Positions 12,994 to 24,546 of a stretch of 64,000 nt of DNA are shown in pieces (positions within the stretch are counted from its first letter, which is position 1; the number at the start of each line of letters is the position of its first letter). The stretch lies in assembly GCA_030390025.1 (NCBI GenBank), contig CM059433.1:4712001-4776000 (forward strand). Reading direction: 5' to 3'. Position numbers and translations under genes: made by a program. The DNA is from Squalus acanthias (lineage: Eukaryota). The notes below the pieces were generated by a model. The model was not told where the DNA came from. It saw nothing but the letters and a program-made list of their open reading frames with translations, and did not search any database.

Positions 12994-13457
12994 TGTCAGC
13001 CGTGGCTCAGTGGGTAGCACACGCGCCTCAGAGTCAGAAGGTTGTGGGTTCAAGTCCCACTCCAGGGACTCGAGCTCATAAAGCTAGGCTGACACTCCAG
13101 TGCAGTGCTGAGGGAGTGCTGCACCTGTCAGAGGTGCCTGTCTTTCGGATGAGACGTTAAACCGAGGCCCCGTCTGCCCTCTCAGGTGGACGTAAAAGAT
13201 CTCCATATTTTGAAGAAGAGCAGGGGAGTTATCCCCGGTGTCCTGGGGCCAATATTTATCCCTCAACCAACATAACAAAAAAACTGATTATCTGGTCATT
13301 TTCACATTGCTGTTTGTGGGAGCTTGCTGTGCGCAAATTGGCTGCCGCGTTTCCACATTACAACAATGACTCCACTTCAAAAATACTTCAATGGCTGTAA
13401 AGCGCTTTGAGATGTCCAGTGGTCGTGAAAGGCGCTATATAAATGCAAGTCTTTCTT
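12994..13457 (+). mobile_element. Full-length DeuSINE (SacSINE1-like)
   Basis: A/B boxes, Deu core, L2-like tail aaaggcgctatataaatgcaagtc. Confidence 0.9.
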
Positions 13458-14041
13458 AGTGCTTTAACACAACTCTCAGAAATGTCCCAAACACAAACTA
13501 CACGATGATTTGTTGGTTGCCTTAACTATTAGTACAGTTCCTTAACGATGCTACCACTAGTGAAATACTGCAAAAATAAAATACAAAAACAGATTGACAG
13601 TGCAGAACAAACAGCAACAACCAAAGGGTACTGGTCTGTCTCAGCACAGTCACGCAGAACTGCCAATGCAAAAGGACTCCTCACATCAGGTGCTGACCCG
13701 TTCTGTACATCCAACATTTTCAGTTTTTATTCCTCATCGTCATTGTTAACTGGAACAACTCAACCAGCCCTCAGCAAAATCCTAGACAGCACCAGAACCC
13801 TCTGTATACTCAATTCCTCAAAAGAGTCACCTTCACTGGATTTGGAGTTCAATTCAGGTACACATGGTGACTTTCCTGTGATTCCAACCTTTCTAAATCC
13901 TTTGATGCACAATCTTCAGGGTACAGGTTTCCAAATACTAAGACCTATTCACATATTTCATCTATGGTGGGCTTCCTTATTTTGCCAACATTCCCACAAC
14001 TACCTGACAGCAACTTTGAAAACCTATTAACTGCTAACATT

Positions 14042-14282
14042 GAATGACTTTTCACCCAGAGGGTGGTGGGGGTCTGGAACTCACTGCCTGAAAGGGTGGT
14101 AGAGGCAGAGACCCTCATCGCATTTAAAAAGTACTTGGATATGCACTTGAAGTGCCGTAACCTACAGGGCTACGGACCAAGAGCTGGAAAGTGGGATTAG
14201 GCTGGAGAGCTCTTTGTCGGCCGGCAGGGACAAGATGGGCCAAATGGCCTCCTTCTGTGCTGTAAATTTCTATGCTTCTATC
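14042..14282 (+). mobile_element. CR1 3' end
   Basis: ttcacccagagggtggtg...tggaactcactgcct...gggccaaatggcctccttctgtgctg tail. Confidence 0.75.
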
Positions 14283-14696
14283 ACTGTTAGACTTCTTGAT
14301 ATCATAGCTGGTGTCGACCTTGATTGCATAGGCCAATTTCAACCTTGGCCAGTCTGTGAGGCTGCACAGTTTGGTGCTGAGAGTTTGACTCTGGGATTAA
14401 ATATTGCTCTTTGCCCAATGCCAGGCCTCGATTCCCTCCTAGATCAGGTCCCCAATCATCCAAGAAGAGTCCTCGGTGTAGGCTCTCTCATTTCTAGAAG
14501 CACGAGCTTTAATTCAGCTTCAATTCTTTGTCATATTTTTTTTATCTCCGCCATCTCCACTTCAATGAAAGATGAGCGCAATGAATACACTGGTCTGATT
14601 GCACCAAAATGTGTTCATTTAGCTTTAAAATTTGGTGTGTCTTTGTGAGCTCCAAGACACCGACCATTGTAATACCAATCTTATTCTAACCACAAA

Positions 14697-15137
14697 GAGG
14701 GAAAAATTGAGTCGCGCCCCTTTTGGGGCGCTAACTTCGCCAGGGCGCTAAAAGTAGCGCCCCGGCGAAGTTAGCGCCCCCGCGGCCAAAATTCACCGGT
14801 AGCGCCCCAAGAGGGAAGCGGGGTGCTACTGGAAGCGCCCCACCTCCCTCTTGGGGCGCTGCGAGTGAATATCGCGGCGCTACGGCACGTCGCGCTGCGG
14901 TACTGCAGGCCTTCCTCCCTTCTTAAAGGGGAGGGGCCTTGCGCAGCACGACCCGAGGCCCTGCTGGGCCACCGGGGATCGGGAGTGCCAGCAAAAGAGC
15001 TTGGCACTCTAGAGAAGTGCCGGGCTCACGGAGTGCAGCTGGCACTCCGCGGCGGGGGCTGTAGAGGAGGCCGGGGACGGCAGAGGGGGCCGGTGCTGGC
15101 ACTAACAGGAGGCGCAAATCAACTGAATTTTTAGGCC
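14697..15137. mobile_element. Harbinger-type MITE (inverted relative of 39529-40185)
   Basis: GAGGGAAAAATTGA...GAATTTTTAGGCC, AAA on both flanks; internal sequence is the reverse complement of 39529-40185. Confidence 0.8.
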
Positions 15138-15649
15138 AAAGACTTTGGGGTAGGTTATGGTGTGGGCCCACAAACAACCATCTGTTAATGTGTTTGGTGA
15201 CATTGGTTGAGGGATAACTGTTGGCCAGGATGCCAGGAGAACTCACCCTGTTCGTCTTGTATGCCCACGTGAACAGGCAGACAGGGGGTCCTCAGTTTAT
15301 CACCTCACCCAAAAGAAAGGGGGAGGGGAAACTTCCACTTCAATGCGAAATGGGCACAAAGTCTGCGGAGAGGCCTGGCAGCGTGCTCGGAGTTGGCGAT
15401 GGGAGGTCTGCACCATTTTCAGGTCCTTGCCTCATCTGAACATAGCCGACGAGTTGCGGGTGCTCCCGATCATTGTGTGTGATTTATCGATAAAGCTGTT
15501 GGTCGGTTCCTAACGCAAAAAAAAAAATATCAATAAAATTTGGCAAGGACTGCCCTTTTTAGTTTTGGTTTCATGTGCCCTGTTCTTTTGAAAAAACAGA
15601 ATCGGCTATGTTTAACAATCTGGATGATTGCTTTGGCCTACTGTGCTGA

Positions 15650-16245
15650 TCAATGCACCGCGGCATGGTACATCAGCGAGACCATGCAGACACTGAGACA
15701 ACGTATGAACGGACACCGCGCAACAATCGCCAGGCAGGATTGTTACCTCCCAGTCGGGGAACACTTCAGCAGTCAAGGACATTCAGCCTCGGATCTGCGG
15801 GTTAGCGTTCTCCAAGGCGGCCTTCGAGACACACGACAACGCAAAATCATCGAGCAGAAACTGATAGCCAAGTTCCGCACCCAAGAGGACGGCCTCAACC
15901 GGGATCTCGGTTTCATGTCACACTACAGGACGTGACTCGACATCGTTGTCTGGTTCACAGATGTGATTTCCAGTTTTAAAAAAAGTAAAAAGCTTAACTG
16001 CAGACTGCAGCATTTGACACGTTGGACCCCCTGTGACCCCACCTCATTGTCTTAGCTGTACTCTGCTGTGTCTTTGATGTAATGCCTCCCTGACGGATTG
16101 TATCTCTGCAGACACATTGTTCTCTGTCTATATATGCTTTGTAACTGATTTGTATTCCCTCACTGTACCTGACAAAGGAGCAGCGCTCCGAAAGCTCGTA
16201 ATTTCAAATAAAACTGTTGGACTATAACCTGGTGTTGTGCGACTT
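15650..16245 (+). mobile_element. Penelope-like element 3' fragment (GIY-YIG endonuclease C-half and pLTR)
   Basis: WYISETMQTLRQRMNGHR...PVGEHF...EQKLIAKF...GLN matches PLE GIY-YIG; followed by a hammerhead-like motif and AATAAA. Confidence 0.85.
16166..16200 (+). ncRNA. Minimal hammerhead ribozyme remnant (core mutated to CUGACAA)
   Basis: TAC-CTGACAA-A-GGAGC agc GCTCC-GAAA-GCTC-GTA in a Penelope pLTR. Confidence 0.65.
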
Positions 16246-16285
16246 CTCATTTTTGATCAATAGTAAGAGGAAGAAAATTTACTCT

Positions 16286-16298
16286 GGTCACACTGACC
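16286..16298. promoter_or_regulatory. Perfect estrogen response element
   Basis: GGTCAcacTGACC, 15.5 kb upstream of the GREB1 ATG. Confidence 0.7.
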
Positions 16299-16531
16299 TG
16301 TACACGCTGAACTCTACAATTTACCATGTGTGGAAAGCAAGTCGAAAATGCAACTGTAAAGCTGTAGAAGCAATATACACTCCCCACTCTCAAATGTTCC
16401 ATAAACTTCATATAATTGCAATTAGCATCTCACATCTACATACCCATCCGAGCCAGAGAGGAGAAACATCAGCGGCAAACCTTTGTTTTCAAATGTCAGT
16501 CTTTCACTTGTGATAGCAGAAATATTAGCTG

Positions 16532-16544
16532 GGTCATGTTGCCC
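16532..16544. promoter_or_regulatory. Near-consensus ERE (1 mismatch)
   Basis: GGTCAtgtTGCCC. Confidence 0.5.
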
Positions 16545-16972
16545 TAACTCAAAACGGCAGCTCGCTGCACTGGTAGCCGAAATTCAGCAAAAGCAAAATC
16601 AGATAACACTCGAAGAAATCCAAAATGTAGAAATGTGCAATATCTCACTGTAAATCTACTGTTCAATAACCACATTTAGTGGAGGACAATATATCTTTTA
16701 ATATTGTTAACTATTTCTTTTCCAACAGCTTGCTGTGCCTGCCAAATTCATGCCAATTTACATAGCTGAAATCAACTAATGAGGTGACCACACATGTTTA
16801 GACTGCTTTAGAAGGAGGAGGCTCGGGAACAGATTTCTCCCACAAAGGAAACTTACTATTTTTCCTTAAATGAACGTTTAGCTTGAAAGAGGCAAAGCAC
16901 TAATAGTTTACGAACCTACGCTGGTAGTTGCAACATAGGGCTGGCATGACAACAATTATTACCAGGAATAAA

Positions 16973-16985
16973 TGTCAAGATGACC
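16973..16985. promoter_or_regulatory. Near-consensus ERE (1 mismatch)
   Basis: TGTCAagaTGACC; forkhead-type TGTTTAC at 17034-17040. Confidence 0.5.
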
Positions 16986-17819
16986 CACTATTGACATAGC
17001 CTTCTGCAATTGCCATGAATTTGATTTTTGAATTGTTTACTCGATAAAGTGCTTTTCTTTGCTGGGGGAAAAGTGCCACCATGCAGCCAATTGTGATCGG
17101 GTGCTTCCACGGGGAGCAGAATTTGCAGGGAGCGCTGATCAGGAAGTTGCAGACCCGGTGATTTCCCAGCCTGCGCTCCCTGCTCTTTCGGTATGTACTC
17201 GATGCAGAATCAGCCCTTAATTCGGCTAGCTCAGTGAAACATAATAGCAACTCCCACCAACCGCTTATGGCGAACAGTTGTGGAGAACTTGGCTTCATTA
17301 TTTGAGTCCTAAGAGGGAGTGTTTTTAGCAAGTGTTTGAATTGGATTTAATGCCAGGTCGAAAGTTAAAGAGCAGTGTTGATCTCGACTGTGCCCACTTT
17401 GCTCTCCAATTGCAATCTGAAAGAAAATACAACCAATAGGCATGTTCGATTTCTGACATTTTTTACAGAGAAACATTAAACTTCAATTTGTATTTTTAGT
17501 ACAGTAGATTTCAAGTTTGTATAAAAGTGGAATGATTCATTTTGTGTCAGTTATTCCTATTATAATCATTGTCTAGCATCACAATACTGTAATCCACTCC
17601 TTCTCTCTGTCATACAGTATAACAGCATACAGCAAGGCGTGCCGGCAATAATGGCAACAGTAAAGAGTTCAACTGCAAAACCTAAATGAAAAAAACTTGA
17701 AAAGGTAAAACTCAAAGAATCTATAAATATTAAAAACAATTTAAAATGTTTCAGTTAAGTTCAAGGATATAAGGCTTTCGGTGACATTAATAAACTGCTG
17801 TGTGTTTCACTCTGGACAC

Positions 17820-18340
17820 AAGAACATTTGAAATGGATGAGAAAAGTTATTTAACACATTGAAGCTCAATACTCTAGTACCCCAACTTTCTAAGCACTGC
17901 AATTTGAACAGCCTTAATGTTTTCTCACCAATAGCCAATGAGATAGATTACTCCAAATATTTCATCACACTTTTAAGTAATGAAGTAATTCCTAGTATCA
18001 ATTTTAAATTTACATTCCACTAATTTCAACTTTGTCCTCTGGTCCTAGTCTTCTGGCTTAGAAGTAATACTCTGGGGGTCACCTGGCCTATACTATTTAA
18101 TATTTTATATACATTAATGAGATTCCCTTAACTGTAGAAGCAGGAGCTGCACTCTAATCTATCCTCAAAGCTGACCCTTGTTGCACTTGGGATCAGTCTT
18201 GCTGCTGTGCTCACCATCCTTTTCAATATCTGCATGTTTTTTGTGCCATGCAGACCAGAACCGAATACCATATGTGGAAGTCCACTGCATTGTAAAACCT
18301 CAACATAACCTCTGTAGCCCACCACTCTGTCACAGCTTTA
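17820..18340 (-). mobile_element. Highly decayed CR1 fragment
   Basis: MLRFYNAVDFHIWYSVL / RMVSTAARLIP resemble the CR1 C-terminus (LY..LVRPHLEY, QRR.TRLIP). Confidence 0.55.
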
Positions 18341-20097
18341 TATTCCTGCATTTTATTAGCTTTTTTTATTTGCTTTGCCACGCTTTCTAGACTTTTGTAG
18401 ACACGACCTCTGGACACGACAGTGTCGAAGAACTAGCATAGTCTGTTACTGCACCCGTTTCATTTTTACTTCTAAATCACATTTCTTTCCGCTGTAATTA
18501 AATTTAAATCAAAAGAAAGGTTCAGAAACAGAGTCTTACCCTGCTGTTCCAAGAATAAACTTGCTAACACCTCACCACATCTCTCAAGACATCCACATCT
18601 ACCTCAGATTCAGTGAATTACTGTATGTAATGCGGTCACTGTTGTCATATGAATAAACACGTCAGTCAATCTGTCCACAGCAAGGTCCCACAAACAGCAA
18701 ATAAGATGAATGACCAGCTAATTTGTGTTTTGCTGGTGTTGGTTAAAGGGGAAATGTTGGCTCGACACCTTTTAAATTGAAACTTTAATTAAATTTTATC
18801 CGAGTAGTGTTGAAGAAATAAAACAATCTGTTGTCCATTTTATTTGTACTTTGCTTAAAATCCATTTTTAAAATCACATTTTTTTGCGACGATTATATTT
18901 AAATGAAAAACAGAGTTTTATCCTTTAAATTAAAACGAAACCTTGCTCTTTATCACAGAGTGCGAGAGTGCGAGTCCACTTGAGCAAGTAATTGGTTTAA
19001 TCTTTCATCCAATTCTTGTATTCAGAATTTGGGCCCAATTCATCCTGGTATCAGCTTTCAAGATTTCCCCAATTGTAAGGCAAATTTGGCAACCAATTCA
19101 TACCGGTATTAACATAAATTCAGCGCTAAATTATGAAAACAATTAATTTCAAACTGGTGGCCAAAAGTCACCCCAGCCTGGTCTATGGAAGGTGGTGCCA
19201 ATACACCATTCATTTTGTATCTAACCTTGTGTATTCACTGAAGCCAACACAAATTCTCAGAACTGGTGTGCATCATGACATGGCAAAAATGCAGAGGGAG
19301 TTTGAGATGAAAGCAGACCACACCCAGTGTGTGGGACTTGGTTCACAAGACTGCACCCTGAAGTGTACTGCGCAAGAGACATCAGACTCGGGCCGGTGAA
19401 CAGACAGACCGGCACTAATCGACAGTGCGATGGATGGTGTTGTAACACATCAGCTTTTAGGGCCTCCATGAACTCTAACTGAAGCTTATTTTATTTCCAA
19501 AAGGGAAATAAACGCACGTTTTCAATAATTATTACAAATAAAAAATGAGAAAGTCGGTGGGTTGCAGCAGCAGCAGCAGGCAAACTAGGGAGATTCTCCA
19601 ACATTATACACAAGTCAAAGATCAAATCTCAGGATGGGAATGGTCTACCTCAAGCGCAGGGGTCGATACAAAATCGGCCTTTATTATTTTTTTTAACGTC
19701 ACTTTTATTTTCAAATCATCACTTAATTCTGATATCGGTAATTTACTGAAAACAAAATAGGTTGTTTCCACCCCCCACCCCCCCCCACCCCCCAAAAGTA
19801 CCAATTCTTCTCATCTCACCGAAATCGATCTAGTTCAAGAAGGCGGCTCACCACCACCTTCTCAGGGGCAATTAGGGATGGGCAATAAACGCTGGCCTTG
19901 CCAGCGACGCCCACATCCCATAAAAATGAATTTAAAAAAACTTTACATGAGTAATGGATACCTGGGAATGATTACAGCGATAGTTTTACCAAGAGGTTCA
20001 AACAGGGGTGGCAAATTCTCTTTGCCGCACAATTTCAGTACATTAAGAACCAACTGAGTGACAGCTTAAAAACAGAGGAAGCAGAACACCGTACAAC

Positions 20098-20230
20098 AGC
20101 AAAATACTGCGGATGCTGGAAATCTGAAATAACAACAGAAAATGCTGGAAATACTCAGCAGGCCAGGCAGCATCCGTGGAGAGAGAAACAGAGTCAACGT
20201 TTCAGGTCGAAGACCCTTCGTCAGAACTGA
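20098..20230 (-). mobile_element. Penelope pLTR fragment with intact hammerhead core (20192-20228)
   Basis: Reverse complement AGTT-CTGACGA-A-GGGTC ttc GACCT-GAAAC-GTT-GACT; matches the pLTR at 62220-62318. Confidence 0.8.
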
Positions 20231-20584
20231 CGTTGTTATAAGCAGGACACTGTGCTATTTAAAGAATCATGAGAAGACCGGACATACTCGTGAAAACTTA
20301 TCCTGAGCGCCCCAGTGTATTCCTTTAAACTCAAGTTTGCTGTGAACTTGCAGCATAATCACAATAAACGCACGGAGTTAATTAATCTGGTCAGATATCA
20401 GCACTCATTATAGATTTACATGTACACAGCCGTACAAGATTTATATTAAATGGCTGCTAATCTGATCTGAAATAGCATTTTTTTTTTAAAAACTACGTAG
20501 GGATATCAGAATACATTCCCCCTGCAGACAAGCAACTTGCAGATTGCCTTTCCGTACAAATCCTGGAAAATCATTTTCAGTTTG

Positions 20585-20597
20585 GGTCATCCTGACC
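20585..20597. promoter_or_regulatory. Perfect estrogen response element
   Basis: GGTCAtccTGACC, 19.8 kb upstream of the GREB1 ATG. Confidence 0.7.
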
Positions 20598-20692
20598 AGA
20601 ACTCTAATCTCCAGAGGTCGAAACTATAAACAGGGACATTGATGGCTTTGAATTCACTGCATGATCTGTTTTATCAGCAAAAGTTACGCACC

Positions 20693-20812
20693 CTTGAACC
20701 CTTCCTGTAGGTGCACTGAGCACTTGAACCCTTCCTGTAGGTGCACTGAGCACTTGAACCCTTCCTGTAGGTGCACTGAGCACTTGAACCCTTCCTGTAG
20801 GTGCACTGAGCA
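20693..20812. repeat. 4 perfect tandem copies of 30-bp CTTGAACCCTTCCTGTAGGTGCACTGAGCA
   Basis: Directly visible. Confidence 0.97.
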
Positions 20813-21733
20813 CTTCTTTAAAAAAAAAACTGTCTAAATTGAAAGAGCCCAAAAAAAGAGAGAACTTTAAATTCTGTAAATCTGAAATAAACCGGAAATG
20901 CAAAGGAGGTCAGTTATCATCTGAAAAAAGCCAAATCTGTTAATATTTTCAGTGGGAGTCTCCATCAGAATTAGTCTGGAAATTTTAACTTATTTTGCTA
21001 TTTCAGATGCTGACTGGCTGTGCATTTCCACCATTTTCTGTCCTTAATTACAGGGGTTTTGCCCGAATGGAAAAGGGTTTGATTTTTTTCCCTCTGTGGG
21101 GAAGAGAAGCGTGCACCATTTCATCGCAATACACTCTTAAATATATCATTTAATTTGACTAAAGTCTTTATAAAGAAGAAGCATTGCCAAGTTGTTTTTC
21201 ATGAAGAAAGTGCACGAATGGACACCGATCACATTGGGACATATTTTTCTGTCTTTGCCAACATCAATGAAAAAGATGCGAGTAAACAGTGTTAACAAAA
21301 TGGATGGAAAGCTCAGACACGCTATGCCTCCATGGATATCACTGTGCGAGGATTCTCCACACTCCAAACTCTTTTATAATCTTTAGCGAACATTAACATT
21401 TATACTTGTTATTCAAGGCCAGTCATGAAGAACTGAGTTGAAATTACAGTACAAGAGGTATTTTCTGCTCCAGTCCATGGATAGAATAGTCATTGCCAGG
21501 TATGTCACAGCGCAGGGAGGAGGAGGAGGAGGAGCAGGGGACAACCCAGATGAGCAGAGGGCACAGAAGGCACATAACTTGCAGCAGGATCTGGGCCAGG
21601 CAGGTCGGTCTGAACAAGGTCAGAGAGTTACTTTGGCAGAGTGGAGAAGTAGTGGATGAATAGGCTTAAGCTCAACAAGGAAGCTGTGCCATCTGACCGA
21701 AGAAGACGGGCAGAACTCTCGACACACAGAAAT

Positions 21734-21760
21734 AGAGAGAGAGAGAGAGAGAGAGAGAGA
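21734..21760. repeat. (GA)n microsatellite next to a decayed minus-strand DeuSINE (~21755-22160)
   Basis: Directly visible. Confidence 0.85.
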
Positions 21761-22404
21761 AAATTGCATGCACGGTTTGAGTGAAGCGGAGAAAGAACTT
21801 CGCTTTATAAAGTGCCATTCCTGTCCACAGGACATTCCAACGTGCTTCAGATAAATGAATGACTTTTGAAGTGAGATCACTTGTTATACAGGCAAAGACT
21901 GCAAGATCCCACAGCAACAGTGCGACAACTGACAAGTTCATCTGTTTTGGTGATGCTGGTTTGGGGATAATGTTGACCAGGATGTGGGAGAACACCCTAC
22001 TGTTATTCAAATAGTGCCAGGAGGCCGCCATTTGACAGCTCACCTAAAAGAAGGCAACAGTCTCACTGAAGTGTCAGCTAGGTTTTGTGCCCATCTCCTG
22101 GCGTACGATTGAACCAACAGCCTTCTCACTCAAAGGCCCGCTACCAACTAAGCCAAGTTGACATTTGGAACCACAAATGCACATAGGGATGTAAATACAC
22201 TAGTCAATCTCTATGGCATTGCTGACAGATAGTCAAGTGCTGGCTTCATTAGCCAGGCTTCGATGGCAGGAGGATATTTGGACCACAGCAGAGGGGGGGA
22301 AGGGGGGGAGAAATGCATGAGGAAGGGGGACAAGGAGTCAAGGAGGAAGAAGTGGAGAAGGAGGAGGAGGAGGAAGGGGTCAGGGAGTGAGGAGTGTGCT
22401 TGTA

Positions 22405-22870
22405 TCAACAACAACAACTTGTATTTATATAGCGCCTTTAACATAGTAAAACGTCCCAAGGCGCTGCATAGGAGTATTATAAGACAAAAAATTTGACACC
22501 GATCCACATAAGGATAAATTAGGGCAGGTGACCAAAAGCTTGGTCAAAGAGGTAGGTTTTAAGGAGCGTCTTAAAGGAGGAATGAGAGGTAGCGAGGCGG
22601 AGAGGTTTAGGCAGGGAATTCCAGAGTTTAGGGCCCAGGCAACAGAAGGCACGGCCGCCAATAGTTGAGCGATTATAATCAGGGATGCTCAAGAGGGCAG
22701 AATTAGAGGAGCGCAGATATCTCAGGGGGGGGTTCTGGGGCTGAAGGAGATTACAGAGATAGGGAGGGGCGAGGCCATGGAGGGATTTGAAAACAAGGAT
22801 GAGAATTTTGAAATCGAGGCGCTGCTTAACCGGGAGCCAATGTAGGCCAGCGAGCACAGGGGAGATGGAC
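22405..22870 (-). mobile_element. L2 LINE 3' end
   Basis: ISPVLAGLHWLPVKQRLDFKIL...GGRAF...PKLWNSLP...FKTLLKTYLF plus (TTG)n tail. Confidence 0.9.
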
Positions 22871-23453
22871 AAACATATCCATTAACAACCATCAATAGAA
22901 CATGTTTCAGACACAATTGACTCAGTGAATTACCAGCCAGTTGCAGAAGATTTTCTTCCTACTTACTTTGCACAACAGTGTTACTCACTTCTAAAGATAT
23001 TGGCACAGATAACTTTATAAAGCTGCAAACAGTTGCACAAACTTACACAGAGCCAGTAGAAATCAAAAAGCAAGTCAGCTGCAAGTTGTTGCTGATCCCT
23101 TTAAATAGCGCTGCTGGGGGGGTCCTTCCTGCTGCTGAATGCGTGGTCAGCTGGCCGTGATTCAGAGAGGGCGTTAAATGGAGCGTCAATGTTCACGATG
23201 GCAGATTGTGTCAAATCAGCGTTACACACTCACTGACGTCACGATCTGCCTCATTTACATTTCTTGCAGCGAGCGCAGGCAATGGCGGCGCTGCCGACCT
23301 GCCCAAAATGGCGGCCACCACAGGACCGTCGGAAGCCAGGCGGCCGCCAATTTTTCTTCTGAACAGGCCTTAACGGCCGGCACAGACAGCTCCAATTTCC
23401 CAGCCCACATCTATTAGAAAGCACTCGCCAAAGCACAGCTGTATATAAGGATA

Positions 23454-23661
23454 CGATAGCAAAATACTGTGGATGCTGGAAATCCGAAATAACAACAGAA
23501 AACGCTGGAAAAACTCAGCAGGCCAGGCAGCATCCGTGGAGAGAGAAAGAGAGTTAACGTTTCAGGTTCTGATGAAAGGTCATCGACCTGAAACGTTAAC
23601 TCTCTTTCTCTCTCCACGGATGCTGCCTGGCCTGCTGAGTTTTTCCAGCGTTTTCTGTTGT
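23454..23661. mobile_element. Fold-back Penelope pLTR insertion with a hammerhead motif
   Basis: Perfect 76-bp inverted arms 23492-23567 / 23586-23661; CTGATGA 23569-23575 and GAAAC 23590-23594; 14-bp direct repeat TGTATATAAGGATA at 23440 and 23659. Confidence 0.85.
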
Positions 23662-23934
23662 ATATAAGGATAGTTCATTTAAGATCACGTTATAAAGGGA
23701 CTCAATCTGTGACCTAGCTACAACGTTCAGATTATGTACCTGATCGCTTGATTTTTTTTTCTAATTTAAAAACCTCTAATAATCCTGATCAACAAATATT
23801 ATTGAATTGTACTGTTCGACATTTATTTTCTGACTGATCACTGACTTGGTTCTGTATGCCCCGTCGCTATCGGTGACAAATGTTGAAAGCACACAGCCAT
23901 CTGGAACAGCATTTCTGACATTACATTTACAGTA

Positions 23935-24345
23935 AAGAAAGAAGTTGAATTGATATACTGCCTTTCAGGACATCCCAAAGCAAGTTGTGACCAATGAAGT
24001 ATTTTTGAAATGTAGTCACTGTTGTATTGTAGGAAACGCGGCAGCCAATTTGCGCACAGCAAGCTCCCTCAAATAGCAATGAGATAAATGACCAGATAAT
24101 CTGTTTTAGCGATGTTCATTGAGGGATAACTATTGGACATAACACTTGGAGAACTCCTCCTCTCTTCTTCAAATAGTGCCGTGCGATCTTTTATGTCCAC
24201 CTGAGAGGGCAGGCGAGGCATTTCATTCAAAAGACGTCACTTCTGACAGTGCCGTATTCTCTCAGTGCTACACCGAAGTGTCAGCCTAAGATTATGGGCT
24301 TTGGAGGAGGGCTTGAACCCAAAACTTTCTTCTAACTCAGAGGCA
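23935..24345 (-). mobile_element. Degenerate DeuSINE
   Basis: Colinear with 38298-38760. Confidence 0.75.
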
Positions 24346-24414
24346 AGAATGGATATCTCTCCTTCACTATATCATATAGAAAACAATATCCACAATTACA
24401 GTCCAAAGCTAAAG

Positions 24415-24546
24415 GTATCAAGGGATATGGGGAGAAAGCAGGTACAGGGTACTGAGTTTGGATGATCAGCCATGATCTCATCGAATGGCAGAGCAGGCTC
24501 GAGGGGCCGAATGGCCTACTCCTGCTCCTATCTTCTATGTTTCTAT
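24415..24546 (+). mobile_element. CR1 3' tail
   Basis: atcaagggatatggggagaaagcagg...cctactcctgctcctatcttctatgtttctat. Confidence 0.8.

Noticed and set aside
12994..13075. tRNA gene-like A/B boxes (also at 32880, 38690, 57995)
   Set aside because: These are SINE heads continuous with Deu domains, not tRNA genes.
16975..17331. 118-aa minus-strand ORF
   Set aside because: Non-ATG start and no recognisable protein similarity.
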